Shown here: piece after piece, positions 25,704 to 35,838 of the stretch
Layout: every line of letters begins with the position of its first letter
Numbering within the stretch: the first letter of the stretch is position 1
Assembly: GCA_018062345.1 (NCBI GenBank)
Contig: JAGOSL010000001.1
Span: forward strand, 170,493-234,492
Direction of reading: 5' to 3'
From: Pseudomonadota bacterium
GTDB lineage: Bacteria; Pseudomonadota; Alphaproteobacteria; Paracaedibacterales; CAITNM01
Length of the DNA stretch: 64,000 nucleotides
Notes under the pieces: model-generated
What the model was told of the DNA's origin: nothing
The model's database searches: none
The model's input: the letters and a program-made list of their open reading frames with translations, nothing else
Program-made: the position numbers and the translations under genes

Positions 25704-26764
25704 GTAGTATTAACGAAGCCAAGCAAAAATCTTTAATTCTAAAAATGCTAAAAGGCATAGTTTTTTCAAGTCTATTGGGGCTTTTGCTATTTTATAATTT
25801 AAGTCGACCCAAGATTATGATTGTGCATAGCTATGATCCAACTTTGGATATTGTGGAAGATTTCGATAAGGGGGTGAAGAAAAGTTTAGAAAATAAAATT
25901 GGTCCATTGGTGCAAAGTTATTATCTTAATATGTTTAGTAAAAATACGATCAAGCAAAAAACTGAAGCTGGAGTTGAGGCCAGGGCATCTGTTGATCGTT
26001 TTAAGCCTGATATACTAATTGCTATTGGTGACGAAGCTCAAGAATTTGTTGCAAAATTTTATTTAGGCGAAAAGAAAATGAAAGTGATTTTTGCCGGTGT
26101 GAAAGGAGATTTAGAAAAAATCGGATATATCCCAGAGAAAAATGTAAGTGGAATCATTGAAATGCCTCAGCTTCAAGAATTAAATAAATTAATTAATCAT
26201 ATGTTTCCTGGGAAAAAAAATATTCGTTTAGCGCATTTAGGAGATACATCGACAATTGTAAGTTTGACAGAGGAAATGTTGACTCAATACGTGTGGAAAA
26301 ATGTCAAATTTCAAGATTCAGTAAAAGTACTTGATATTAATAATTTTAAAAAAGCAGCACAGCTTTTGGATAAACATTGTGATGTATTGCTTATTTCAAG
26401 TTACAGGGGATTAAAAAGCGGTCTCGATACTGAAGAAGATATTATTTCCACAGAAGCCATGCAGTGGGTTATAAACAACACTTCAATACCTATTGTTTCA
26501 ACGTTTGGGTATGCCGTTGAAGAAGGGGCGGGTGTTGCTATTGTCTCATCAGCATATGAGCAAGGAACGCTTGCGATGGATTTAGCGCTAAAAATGCTAG
26601 AGGATGATTCCCACCATGCCAGTGCGATTTCTAAGGTTTTTGCTGTATACCTTAATGATACCCATTTAAGTAAATGTAATATTCAAATCCCCTTAATTTA
26701 TCGATCTTTTGCGGTTGGCACTCAAAAACTATTTGAAACAGCTAAATCAGAGGAAAGTTTATGA
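25697..26764 (+). CDS. membrane-anchored periplasmic binding protein, ABC_sub_bind (PF04392)-like
   Basis: One N-terminal TM (IVFSSLLGLLLFYNL). It then has IMIVHSYDPT...FKPDILIAIGDEAQEF...VIFAGV...NVSGIIE...IPIVSTF...EQGTLAMDLALKML, which matches the family pattern from memory. The ATG overlaps the upstream stop (ATGGTAA). GTG at 25679 is an alternative start. Confidence 0.55.
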   Translation: MVSSINEAKQKSLILKMLKGIVFSSLLGLLLFYNLSRPKIMIVHSYDPTLDIVEDFDKGVKKSLENKIGPLVQSYYLNMFSKNTIKQKTEAGVEARASVDRFKPDILIAIGDEAQEFVAKFYLGEKKMKVIFAGVKGDLEKIGYIPEKNVSGIIEMPQLQELNKLINHMFPGKKNIRLAHLGDTSTIVSLTEEMLTQYVWKNVKFQDSVKVLDINNFKKAAQLLDKHCDVLLISSYRGLKSGLDTEEDIISTEAMQWVINNTSIPIVSTFGYAVEEGAGVAIVSSAYEQGTLAMDLALKMLEDDSHHASAISKVFAVYLNDTHLSKCNIQIPLIYRSFAVGTQKLFETAKSEESL

Positions 26765-27699
26765 GAACGTTTATAGCTTTCATATTTTTCTTTGCATGCT
26801 TTTCTATTGATGGACGTATCCAAATACGTCAAACAGGATCCTCTACTATATATCCATTTGCGGTAAAAGTGGCTCGTGAGTTTTCTAAAAAAGCAGAATA
26901 TGTATATCCTTTGATTGAAAGCACAGGCACTGGTGATGGTTTTATAGATATTGTAAAAACAAAAAATGGTAATTGGTGCGATATTGTTGGCGCTTCTAGG
27001 CCGATTAAGCGGTCAGAATTAGAAAAATGTAAAAAAGCAGGCGTTATTTCAATGATGGAATTATGTATTGGTCTTGATGGCATTGCTTTAGCTACTCAAA
27101 AATCTTTGAAAGGATTTGAAGATTTTCGAGTACAGGATCTTTATGCTGCAATTGCTATGAAAATTAAAAATGATAAAGGGGTTTTGGTCGATAATCCTTA
27201 CCAAAAATGGAATGAAATTAATCCTAATTTACCAAATATTCCTATTCGTATTTTAATACCCTCTAAATCTCATGGTACGCGTGATGCTTTTGAAAATCTT
27301 ATTATGCATGGTGGGTGTGAAATTAGAAAAGGCAACGAGGTGCGTGAAATTAGTGCTTATGAGGTTGCGGATAATCATCATCTACTGTTTGATTTTTTGG
27401 AACGCAATACTGATGTAGTAGCGTTTATAGCGGCAAGTCTTTTGCAAAGTCGAGATCATATAAAAGCTTTACGAATAAATGGTGTAGAGCCAACTTATTT
27501 GAATATTCAAAATGAAACTTATCCCTTAATTCGAAAGCTGTTTATCTATGTTCGAAAGGAAAATTATGCAACCACAGAAAGTTTGCAAGCTTATGTAAAT
27601 GAGTGGTTTAGCCCTGAGGCCATTGGAGAGCATGGTTATCTTACAAAAATGGGTTTAGTCTCTCTTCCTGAAGGTACTAAAAACAGCAAAATTCTTTGA
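26761..27699 (+). CDS. PstS-family (PBP_like_2) periplasmic substrate-binding protein
   Basis: Signal peptide, then RQTGSSTIYPFAVKVAREF. ATGA overlap with the upstream gene. No pstCAB is adjacent. Confidence 0.65.
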   Translation: MRTFIAFIFFFACFSIDGRIQIRQTGSSTIYPFAVKVAREFSKKAEYVYPLIESTGTGDGFIDIVKTKNGNWCDIVGASRPIKRSELEKCKKAGVISMMELCIGLDGIALATQKSLKGFEDFRVQDLYAAIAMKIKNDKGVLVDNPYQKWNEINPNLPNIPIRILIPSKSHGTRDAFENLIMHGGCEIRKGNEVREISAYEVADNHHLLFDFLERNTDVVAFIAASLLQSRDHIKALRINGVEPTYLNIQNETYPLIRKLFIYVRKENYATTESLQAYVNEWFSPEAIGEHGYLTKMGLVSLPEGTKNSKIL

Positions 27700-27745
27700 T
27701 TTTGGTTGGCACGACTTTTGCATAAATAGTGCAAAAGGAGAAATC

Positions 27746-28492
27746 ATGAGCAAACTTTTAGTCGTAGTATGTTTGTCTTTGCTTGGATTATTTGCAAGTT
27801 CACAATACGAATCATTTATAAAAATGCAAGAAGATGCTCATGGGATTCCTTCATTGTTGTTGCGTGCTGTTTCCAATGTGGAATCAGGGCGTTTGATGGG
27901 AGGAAAAATTTCTCCATGGCCTTGGACAATTAATGTTGAAGGTAAAGGGTATATCTTTGAAACTAAGCAAAAGGCAATTCAGGCAGTTGAAAGATTTCAA
28001 AGAATGGGGGCGAAGAGTATCGATGTAGGAATCATGCAAATTAACTTGCGTCATCATCCTCACGCTTTTCGTAACCTTGAGGAAGCTTTTGATCCGCAAC
28101 TTAATGTTTCATACGGTGCTAAATTTTTAAAGCAATTATTTCAACAACATAAAAGTTGGCATTCAGCAATTGGCCATTATCACTCAGCTACACCTAAATA
28201 TCATAATGCTTATAAGCAAAGAGTAATGAGTAACTGGGCACGGCTTACCAACAATAAGAGCCAAACGCCTCGTTTGGAGCGAGCAGTAATGAAATTTGAT
28301 AATGTAGATGAGCTTGCAAAGGTGCCTAAAGTTGTAAAAAAAATTGAGCGGCAAAACATCACTCCTTTTGCAAGGGTTAAAAAGGTTTATTATTCCCTAG
28401 ATTCAGGAGCGCCTTCTCAAGCGATACAAACTAAAAAAACTAGTTATGCATTGGAAGATGCATCGAGTAAGCAGTATTATTCCTTAGATTAA
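27746..28492 (+). CDS. lytic transglycosylase (SLT domain)
   Basis: Signal peptide, catalytic VESGR, PWPWTINVEGKGY and DVGIMQIN. Confidence 0.8.
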   Translation: MSKLLVVVCLSLLGLFASSQYESFIKMQEDAHGIPSLLLRAVSNVESGRLMGGKISPWPWTINVEGKGYIFETKQKAIQAVERFQRMGAKSIDVGIMQINLRHHPHAFRNLEEAFDPQLNVSYGAKFLKQLFQQHKSWHSAIGHYHSATPKYHNAYKQRVMSNWARLTNNKSQTPRLERAVMKFDNVDELAKVPKVVKKIERQNITPFARVKKVYYSLDSGAPSQAIQTKKTSYALEDASSKQYYSLD

Positions 28493-28680
28493 AGTAATTG
28501 GGTATTTTTAGTCAGCTACTTTTCAAATTCGAAATGCTGGAATTTATCAGAGCTAAAAATTTTTGATAGCCTTTCTCAAACTGCTTGATCAAAACTTGTG
28601 AAAATTGTTTGATCTTTTACGTAGTAAGAGTTTTTTAAAAAATTACAATGCCTACATCAACTTAATTTTTGAGGCAAAGC

Positions 28681-29100
28681 ATGACAGTAATTTTAAGAAA
28701 AATCCCAGCTTATAATCCTTTAAATGATTCTGTGTATATGTCCCCCAGAATGAAACAGTATTTTGAGGAAAAACTCTATCAAGAATTACAAAAATTAATT
28801 GAAGAAGAAATTTTTCTGTCTGAATCTCTTGCAGAGGTTTCAAAGCGTGAGCCTGATTTTGTTGATCAGAGTGCCGAGGAAAGATTACGCTTTAATAACT
28901 ATGTCTATCACGAACATGAGCAGCATTTGCGGCATGATGTCGAGTCAGCCCTAAAGCGCTTGGAAGATGGCAGTTATGGGTATTGTGTTGCAACGGGTAA
29001 GCCGATAGGAATTGAAAGGCTTATCGCTGCGCCTTATGCGCTTTATTGCTTTGATGTGCAAGCGCAAGTTGAGCATGAAGAACACCGAAAATGGGGGTAA
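28681..29100 (+). CDS. dksA: DksA/TraR-family RNA polymerase-binding factor with a degenerate zinc finger
   Basis: Coiled-coil tip DFVDQSAEE and GSYGYCVATGKPIGIERLIAAPYALYCFDVQ. Only the first Cys of each CxxC pair is retained (CxxT...CxxV). Confidence 0.75.
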   Translation: MTVILRKIPAYNPLNDSVYMSPRMKQYFEEKLYQELQKLIEEEIFLSESLAEVSKREPDFVDQSAEERLRFNNYVYHEHEQHLRHDVESALKRLEDGSYGYCVATGKPIGIERLIAAPYALYCFDVQAQVEHEEHRKWG

Positions 29101-29101
29101 A

Positions 29102-29647
29102 CTATGCCATCTGTTTTTCATGGTCGAGCAGCCATTTCTTACGTGAAATGCCACCGCCATAACCTCCAAGTTTTCCGTCACTGTTGATGATACGATGACA
29201 TGGAATGATTATCGCAATATTATTGGCGCCATTAGCATTAGCAACGGCTCGAAATGCTAAAGGTCTTTCAAGTGCTATTGCTTGATCAGCATAGCTTCTA
29301 GTTTGCCCATATGGAGTGCGAATTAGTTCTTTCCATGCATTTTTCTGAAATGGGCTACCTGTAAGAATAAGCGGGATGCTAAATTTTTTTAATTTACGTT
29401 CGAAGTAAGTTTTAAGTTCTGATTCTACTGATTCGATAATGGGGGTCATTCCAGGAATGATATTTGCGTTTGCATTCGCGCAGAATTTCTCGATTTTTCC
29501 CTTAAGCTTTTGTCTTTCAACGAACTCTAAAAAATACAAGGATTTTTCATCAGCGACAGCTACCATAAAGCCTAGAGGTGTTTCTATCGATGATGATTTC
29601 AGTATTATGTGTTGTTTTATTTGCCTTGAAGAAAATACATTTTTCAC
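29102..29647 (-). CDS. ogt: methylated-DNA--protein-cysteine methyltransferase
   Basis: IIIPCHRII active site, and YGQTRSYADQA. Confidence 0.88.
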   Translation of the reverse strand: MKNVFSSRQIKQHIILKSSSIETPLGFMVAVADEKSLYFLEFVERQKLKGKIEKFCANANANIIPGMTPIIESVESELKTYFERKLKKFSIPLILTGSPFQKNAWKELIRTPYGQTRSYADQAIALERPLAFRAVANANGANNIAIIIPCHRIINSDGKLGGYGGGISRKKWLLDHEKQMA

Positions 29648-29702
29648 TGGAGTGTCCCGTATTCAATGGATACCGTAAAATACAAGATCACTTTCTATAA
29701 AA

Positions 29703-30125
29703 TCAATCTTTTTTGTATAATATGTATGGTTCTGCTGTGTCTTGGTGTATAGATGCTTGATGCCAGCCATGTTTTTCATAAAAACTACATACTCTTAAAT
29801 TATCCATCGCAACTTTAAGAGTCATTGGTCGTTCAAGGTTTTTTTCGGCGATTTGTAGCAACTGTGTGCCTTTGCCGCACCTTTGGTGGGATGGGTGAAT
29901 AAACAAATTATGGATAAAATTATCAGCAGAATACACAGATACAAAACCGATGATTACAGTATTTTCTTCCATTACCCATACTTCATCATCTGCTGTTGAT
30001 TTCTGGTAATCTCCAATCTGAAATTCATTTTTAGGGCGTGAAGCAAATGTTTCCTGGCGAGTAAATTGAAAAAATATTTCAAGCTGCTGAATATCTTCGT
30101 GCTTGGCTCTGCGAATGCTTATCAT
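29703..30125 (-). CDS. GNAT family N-acetyltransferase
   Basis: LFIHPSHQRCGKGTQLL is the acetyl-CoA binding motif A. Length is 140 aa. Confidence 0.8.
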   Translation of the reverse strand: MISIRRAKHEDIQQLEIFFQFTRQETFASRPKNEFQIGDYQKSTADDEVWVMEENTVIIGFVSVYSADNFIHNLFIHPSHQRCGKGTQLLQIAEKNLERPMTLKVAMDNLRVCSFYEKHGWHQASIHQDTAEPYILYKKD

Positions 30126-30141
30126 TTACACTGATCCCAGT

Positions 30142-30741
30142 TTAAATTAGCGTATTCAAAAAATCTAATATAAAATTTGCAATGGCGAAAATTAGTTTAT
30201 GAACAGGGCCGCTAAATATCAGCAAAGCGCCAATTACGATCAACAAGCCAAAACGCTCAAAAAAGCGAAATAATTGATGGTGTTGGGGTAAAAAGCACGT
30301 GATCATTCGGCCTCCATCAAGTGGCAAAATAGGAAGTAAATTAAATGCAGCTAAAATAATATTAATTTGAACTGCTGTGTTCATTATTTCAGTGCTAAAA
30401 ATGCCAATTTTCCAAAGAATCCCCGCGATAAGAGCTAGGAAAATATTCATCAAAGGGCCAGCAAAAGCTACAAAGAATACGCCAATTTTTTGTGGCCTAA
30501 GGTTTGAAAAATTTACAGGAACAGGTTTTGCCCAACCGATCAGTATTGGTGCATGGGCTATAAATAATATGAGGGGTAGAAATATTGATCCTAGGGGATC
30601 GATATGATTAAGGGGGTTCGCACTCAGACGCCCTTCATGCTGAGCAGTGCGATCACCAAACGCGTAGGCCATTAATCCATGCCCTAACTCGTGCAGAACG
30701 ATAGATACAACCAAACACAATATTTTTACTATAAATTCCAT
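30142..30741 (-). CDS. site-2 protease (M50) family membrane metalloprotease
   Basis: HELGHGLMA in TM1, NLLPILPLDGG, and about 6 TM. Length is 199 aa. Confidence 0.8.
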   Translation of the reverse strand: MEFIVKILCLVVSIVLHELGHGLMAYAFGDRTAQHEGRLSANPLNHIDPLGSIFLPLILFIAHAPILIGWAKPVPVNFSNLRPQKIGVFFVAFAGPLMNIFLALIAGILWKIGIFSTEIMNTAVQINIILAAFNLLPILPLDGGRMITCFLPQHHQLFRFFERFGLLIVIGALLIFSGPVHKLIFAIANFILDFLNTLI

Positions 30742-30971
30742 AATTTCCGCCGTTTTAGAACTTAAAAAATAATTTTATGAATTTTTAATGCTAACTCAAG
30801 TTTGCTTACACATCTTTTTTGTGAAATTCAAGACTTGAAATTCATCTTTTTTTGCTTATTAATAAGTCTACCTTCTGACGTTCAATGTACTTGATTCTTA
30901 AGATATTTTCTAAAGAATAGTGCATTTTTGTCGGCTGAGTGTGGTTTTATTTTTTTAGCAGTGAGGTTTTA

Positions 30972-33900
30972 ATGAAAATACACCGTCGTTTTACGGTTGC
31001 TGGGCAATCCCCATATGAAGGAATTGATTTCCGCTTAACTGCTAGTGAAATAAAAAATCCTGATGGGTCAGTGGTTTTTCTTCAGGAAAATATTGAGGTT
31101 CCTGCTCATTGGTCGCAAGTGGCGAGTGACGTTATTGCGCAGAAGTATTTTCGCAAGGCTGGTATTCCAGATGAGCTTGTTACAGTAAAAGAAGATGGCG
31201 TTCCAAATTGGCTTCAACGCAAAAAAGCAAAAGCTGGATGTTCACTGCGTGGTGAAAATTCTGCTAAAGAAGTCTTTAATCGTTTGGCTGGTACCTGGAC
31301 CTATTGGGGCTGGAAAAATGGGTATTTTGATACAGAAGAAGACGCTCTCGCTTTTTATGATGAAATGCAGTACATGCTGTGTATGCAAGTTGCTGCTCCT
31401 AATTCACCTCAGTGGTTTAATACGGGTATTTACTGGGCATATGGCGTTGATGGTCCGGCTCAAGGGCATTTTTTCGTTGATGAAAAAACAGGCCAACTAA
31501 AACAGTCTACTTCAGCGTATGAGCGTCCTCAACCTCATGCTTGTTTTATTCAATCAGTTAGTGACGATTTGGTAAATGATGGTGGTATTATGGACCTTTG
31601 GGTTCGTGAAGCGCGTTTGTTTAAGTATGGGTCAGGAACTGGGTCTAATTTTTCACGGTTGCGTGGGTCTGGTGAAAAACTATCAGGTGGTGGAGTTTCT
31701 TCAGGTTTGATGAGTTTCTTGCGCATTGGTGACCGTTCTGCTGGTGCTATTAAATCAGGTGGAACTACGCGCCGTGCAGCAAAAATGGTGGTTCTTGATA
31801 TTGACCATCCAGATGTTATTGATTTTATCGACTGGAAAGTTATTGAAGAGCAAAAAGTAGCTGCTCTGGTAACTGGATCTAGGCTAAACCAGATTCATTT
31901 AAACGAAATTGTGACAGCCTGTATCAATAATGATTTGAAAGAAGCTGATCGCTTTGATGCTAAGACAAACCCTGGTTTAAAATCTGCAATTCGTGCAGCA
32001 CGAACTGCATTGGTTCCTGAAAACTATATAAGACGTGCTATTCACATGGCTCAGCTTGGATATACTAGTTATCCATTCCCTACCTACAACACAGATTGGG
32101 ATAGTGAGGCATATGGGACAGTTTCTGGGCAAAATTCAAACAATACAGTACGTGTTACAAATGCATTCTTAGAGAGTGTTTTGGAAGATAAAGAATGGAG
32201 CTTAACATCAAGAACAAACGGGGAGGCACTGAAGAAGCTTCCTGCGAAAGAATTGTGGGATAAGATTGGTTTTGCAGCGTGGGCATGCGCTGATCCAGGT
32301 ATACAATTTGATACAACGATTAATGAATGGCACACTTGCCCAAATAGCGGGCGAATTGACGCCTCTAATCCTTGTTCTGAATACATGTTTCTTAATGATA
32401 CAGCGTGTAACCTTGCTTCAATCAATTTGGTTACTTTGTATAAAGATAATAAGTTTGATATTGGTGCTTATGAGCATGCTATTTCACTTTGGACAATTGT
32501 TCTTGAAATAGCTGTGTTAATGGCGCAGTTCCCTTCTCGTGCAATTGCTCAGCTATCATATGATTTCCGCACGCTTGGGCTTGGATATGGAAATCTAGGC
32601 GGGCTTTTGATGGCTATGGGGATTGCTTATGATAGCCCAGAAGGTAGATGTATTGGCGGTGCACTTGCGGCAGTTTTGACAGGTGTAAGTTATAGAACAT
32701 CAGCATTGATGTCGAAAGAGCTTGGTGCCTTCCCAGGATATGCAAAGAATAAAGAGCCTATGCTAAAGGTAATGCGCAACCATCGTCGTGCTGCTTATGG
32801 GGAGACACAAGGGTATGAAGGCTTATCAATAGTTCCTGTGCCACTTCGTGCGAGTGATTGTACTGTTCCTGGGTTAATTGAGGCAGCATGCCAAGCTTGG
32901 GAAGAAGCAGTATCACTTGGTGAGCAGTTTGGGTACCGTAATGCACAGACTACTTGTATAGCGCCAACTGGTACAATTGGATTAGTGATGGATTGCGATA
33001 CAACAGGTATTGAGCCAGATTTTGCTTTAGTGAAATTCAAAAAACTTGCTGGTGGTGGATACTTTAAGATTATCAACCAAATGGTGCCATCTGCGTTGAA
33101 AATTTTGGGATATAGCGCTGAAGAAATGCAAGATATTGCTAATTATGCGGTTGGGTATGGTTCAATTAAAGACTCACCTACAGTTAATTACGCAGCTTTG
33201 AAGGGTAAAGGGTTTACAGATAAAGAGCTGAAATTGCTTGAAGGTGCGTTGAAAAATGTCTTCGATATTAAGTTTGCCTTTAATAAATACACGTTGGGCG
33301 AAGATTTTTGCAAAACAGTTCTAAAGCTAAGTGATGAGCAATTAAGCGATTCAGGCTTTGATATGTTGACTCACCTTGGATTTAGTAAACAAGATATTGA
33401 GTCCGCCAATATTTATTGTTGCGGTGCAATGACTCTTGAGGGAGCTCCTCATTTGAAAATTGAGCATCTTCCTGTTTTTGATTGCGCTAATCCGTGTGGT
33501 CGTACAGGAAAGAGATTTTTATCATTTGATAGTCACATTGAAATGATGGCAGCAGTGCAGCCATTTATTAGTGGTGCAATTTCAAAAACTGTTAACATGC
33601 CAGCTCAAGCAACAATTGAGGATTGTCAATCAGCGTATATGAAATCATGGCGTTTGTGCTTGAAAGCAAATGCTTTGTATCGTGACGGCTCTAAGCTTTC
33701 TCAGCCCCTTAATAGTTTGGCTTTTGATGAAGACGAAGCTGAAGATATTGCGAAAATGCCACAAACTCAAAAAGCCCAAGTTATAGCTGAAAAGATTGTG
33801 GAGCGGGTGATTGAGCGGGTAGTTTACGAATCAAAGCGTCAAAAGTTACCAAACCGTCGCGGTGGATATACTCAAAAAGCTGTTGTTGGTGGGCATAAGA

Positions 33901-34550
33901 TTTATATTCGTACTGGTGAGTATGATGATGGAAAACTTGGAGAAATCTTCGTTGATATGCATAAAGAAGGGGCATCGTTCCGTTCGCTAATGCATAATTT
34001 TGCTATGGCAATATCGATTGGCTTGCAATATGGAGTGCCTCTTGATGAATACGTTGAAGCCTTTACATTTACTCGTTTTGAGCCATCCGGTATGGTTGAG
34101 GGGAACGATTGGGTGAAAATGGCGACATCGATTCTCGACTATATTTTCCGTGATTTAGCAATTAACTACTTAGGTCGCAATGATCTTGCTCATGTGCAGC
34201 CCAATGATTTAACGCCAGACACGATTGGTGATAGAACCGATTACATGGTAAATCGTTCATCAGAAAGTGAAGGTTCATTGGTTGTTGAAGCAACAGTGAT
34301 TCGTGATGAGGTTGTTTCAATGAATATGAATGGACAAATGGACAGCTTTGAGAATAAAGCGACCGGTACTTACGGTACCTCAAATGTTGTGTCTTACTCA
34401 ACTTCGAAACGTAAAGTTGAAAAATCTGCTCAAGCAAAGCTTCAAGGTTATGAAGGTGATGCGTGTGGAGAGTGTGGAAACTTCACGATGGTTCGAAATG
34501 GTACTTGTTTGAAATGTGTGACGTGCGGTTCTACGAGCGGATGTTCTTAA
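30972..34550 (+). CDS. nrdJ: class II (adenosylcobalamin-dependent) ribonucleoside-diphosphate reductase
   Basis: About 1190 aa. [62 protein letters not shown] and a C-terminal Cys-rich tail [27 protein letters not shown]. Start moved to ATG 30972 (RBS GTGAGG). Confidence 0.92.
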   Translation: MKIHRRFTVAGQSPYEGIDFRLTASEIKNPDGSVVFLQENIEVPAHWSQVASDVIAQKYFRKAGIPDELVTVKEDGVPNWLQRKKAKAGCSLRGENSAKEVFNRLAGTWTYWGWKNGYFDTEEDALAFYDEMQYMLCMQVAAPNSPQWFNTGIYWAYGVDGPAQGHFFVDEKTGQLKQSTSAYERPQPHACFIQSVSDDLVNDGGIMDLWVREARLFKYGSGTGSNFSRLRGSGEKLSGGGVSSGLMSFLRIGDRSAGAIKSGGTTRRAAKMVVLDIDHPDVIDFIDWKVIEEQKVAALVTGSRLNQIHLNEIVTACINNDLKEADRFDAKTNPGLKSAIRAARTALVPENYIRRAIHMAQLGYTSYPFPTYNTDWDSEAYGTVSGQNSNNTVRVTNAFLESVLEDKEWSLTSRTNGEALKKLPAKELWDKIGFAAWACADPGIQFDTTINEWHTCPNSGRIDASNPCSEYMFLNDTACNLASINLVTLYKDNKFDIGAYEHAISLWTIVLEIAVLMAQFPSRAIAQLSYDFRTLGLGYGNLGGLLMAMGIAYDSPEGRCIGGALAAVLTGVSYRTSALMSKELGAFPGYAKNKEPMLKVMRNHRRAAYGETQGYEGLSIVPVPLRASDCTVPGLIEAACQAWEEAVSLGEQFGYRNAQTTCIAPTGTIGLVMDCDTTGIEPDFALVKFKKLAGGGYFKIINQMVPSALKILGYSAEEMQDIANYAVGYGSIKDSPTVNYAALKGKGFTDKELKLLEGALKNVFDIKFAFNKYTLGEDFCKTVLKLSDEQLSDSGFDMLTHLGFSKQDIESANIYCCGAMTLEGAPHLKIEHLPVFDCANPCGRTGKRFLSFDSHIEMMAAVQPFISGAISKTVNMPAQATIEDCQSAYMKSWRLCLKANALYRDGSKLSQPLNSLAFDEDEAEDIAKMPQTQKAQVIAEKIVERVIERVVYESKRQKLPNRRGGYTQKAVVGGHKIYIRTGEYDDGKLGEIFVDMHKEGASFRSLMHNFAMAISIGLQYGVPLDEYVEAFTFTRFEPSGMVEGNDWVKMATSILDYIFRDLAINYLGRNDLAHVQPNDLTPDTIGDRTDYMVNRSSESEGSLVVEATVIRDEVVSMNMNGQMDSFENKATGTYGTSNVVSYSTSKRKVEKSAQAKLQGYEGDACGECGNFTMVRNGTCLKCVTCGSTSGCS

Positions 34551-34571
34551 CACATTGATTCTTTCATAATG

Positions 34572-34596
34572 GCCGCATGTATATGCGGCTTTTCTG
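34572..34596 (+). terminator. rho-independent terminator after nrdJ
   Basis: GCCGCAT-GTAT-ATGCGGC followed by TTTTCT. Confidence 0.65.
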
Positions 34597-34662
34597 TTGG
34601 TATCAAAAAATAGAAAGAGGCATCGTTCACTAAACGTATGGTTTGAGCAGCAAGGAGAACAA

Positions 34663-35259
34663 ATGAACCCCCTAAGTATTGAGTTTTTGGTTATTATTAT
34701 TGCTGTGGCAACGTATTTTTTTGCAGCAATTCCTTTTGGTTTAGTTTTTTCAAAGCTTTCAGGGCTAGGAGATATTAGAAATATTGGCTCAGGAAATATC
34801 GGAGCGACTAATGTTTTGCGTACTGGCAATAAGAAAATTGCTGCGTTAACGCTACTTTTTGATGCCATAAAAGGAGCAATAGCAGTGCTGGTTAGTGCTC
34901 ATTTCATTCCTGGGCATGAATATGCAATTGGATTTCTGGCAATTTTTGCACATATTTTCCCGGTCTATTTGAAATTTAAAGGGGGAAAGGGCGTTGCAAC
35001 TACACTTGGCGTGTATTTTTCTTGGAGCCCTTTATTGGGCTTTCTTGTGTTAGCAACATGGTTGATTACAGCAAAGTTGTTCAAAGTGTCTTCATTATCG
35101 GCCCTTGTGGCGGCAATTTTTGCACCAATTTTTGTTTATTTCTTAGGTGTTAATTCTGAGATACTTCCTTTTACGGCGTTGATAACAGCTACACTTTTTT
35201 ACACGCACCGAGATAACATTAAAAGGATTCTAAATAAAAAAGAATCAATCATTTCTTAA
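34663..35259 (+). CDS. plsY: glycerol-3-phosphate acyltransferase PlsY
   Basis: GSGNIGATNVLRTG and KGGKGVAT. RBS AAGGAG at 34652-34657. Confidence 0.9.
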   Translation: MNPLSIEFLVIIIAVATYFFAAIPFGLVFSKLSGLGDIRNIGSGNIGATNVLRTGNKKIAALTLLFDAIKGAIAVLVSAHFIPGHEYAIGFLAIFAHIFPVYLKFKGGKGVATTLGVYFSWSPLLGFLVLATWLITAKLFKVSSLSALVAAIFAPIFVYFLGVNSEILPFTALITATLFYTHRDNIKRILNKKESIIS

Positions 35260-35271
35260 AAAGGGGTAAAT

Positions 35272-35826
35272 ATGGTTCAAATCACGCGTGTGTATACACG
35301 CTCAGGAGACAAAGGGAAGACATCACTTGGGGATGGAACTCGAAGAAAAAAGTCGGATATCCGCTTTGAAACGATAGGCACTATTGATGAGGCTAATTCC
35401 TACTGCGGACTGATGGTGCCTGAAATCTCTCCGAAGCTTCAAAAACTTATTAAGCATATTCAAAATGATTTATTTGATTTAGGGGCTGATTTGGCTGTGC
35501 CTCAGGGTGAGGCGCTGCGTATTAGTGCTGACCATGTGGAATTTTTAGAAAATCAAATCGATGCTTTTAATGAATTCCTTAAACCTTTGGATTCTTTTGT
35601 TCTTCCGGGTGGAACTAGGGCGAGTGCATTGATGCACGTGGCAAGAACCATAGTAAGACGGGCTGAGCGCTGTATGGTTCTTTTAAACGAATATGAGCTT
35701 GTAAATAGCAATGCGATGAAATATATGAACCGTTTATCCGATTTGCTGTTCGTGCTATGCCGTCATTTAAATGACGATGGAAAGTCAGATGTTCTTTGGG
35801 TTCCTGGTGGAAAAAGAAAGTCTTAG
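35272..35826 (+). CDS. ATP:cob(I)alamin adenosyltransferase, PduO/MMAB type
   Basis: ITRVYTRSGDKGKTSL N-terminus, DLFDLGADLA and RTIVRRAER. Confidence 0.88.
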   Translation: MVQITRVYTRSGDKGKTSLGDGTRRKKSDIRFETIGTIDEANSYCGLMVPEISPKLQKLIKHIQNDLFDLGADLAVPQGEALRISADHVEFLENQIDAFNEFLKPLDSFVLPGGTRASALMHVARTIVRRAERCMVLLNEYELVNSNAMKYMNRLSDLLFVLCRHLNDDGKSDVLWVPGGKRKS

Positions 35827-35838
35827 TACTTATAAAAA

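Noticed and set aside
30742-30971. NrdR boxes or a cobalamin riboswitch in the nrdJ leader
   Set aside because: CACATCTTTTTTGTG has only end symmetry and does not match the 16-bp NrdR palindrome, and there is no properly spaced second box. No B12-box (GCCACTG-like) or riboswitch-sized structured GC-rich leader is present. Only the TGAAATTCA pair is kept, as a low-interest note.
34398-34868. 156-aa minus-strand ORF bridging the nrdJ 3' end, its terminator and the plsY 5' end
   Set aside because: It is antisense to two well-supported genes and crosses a terminator hairpin, so it is a frame artefact. The same reasoning applies to the other nested or antisense track ORFs inside strong genes (for example 3479-3712, 5412-5750, 10120-10383, 14368-14631, 14510-14785, 31195-31500, 32795-33076, 40177-40488, 41561-41902, 44968-45243, 47676-47963, 61457-61765 and 62426-62737).
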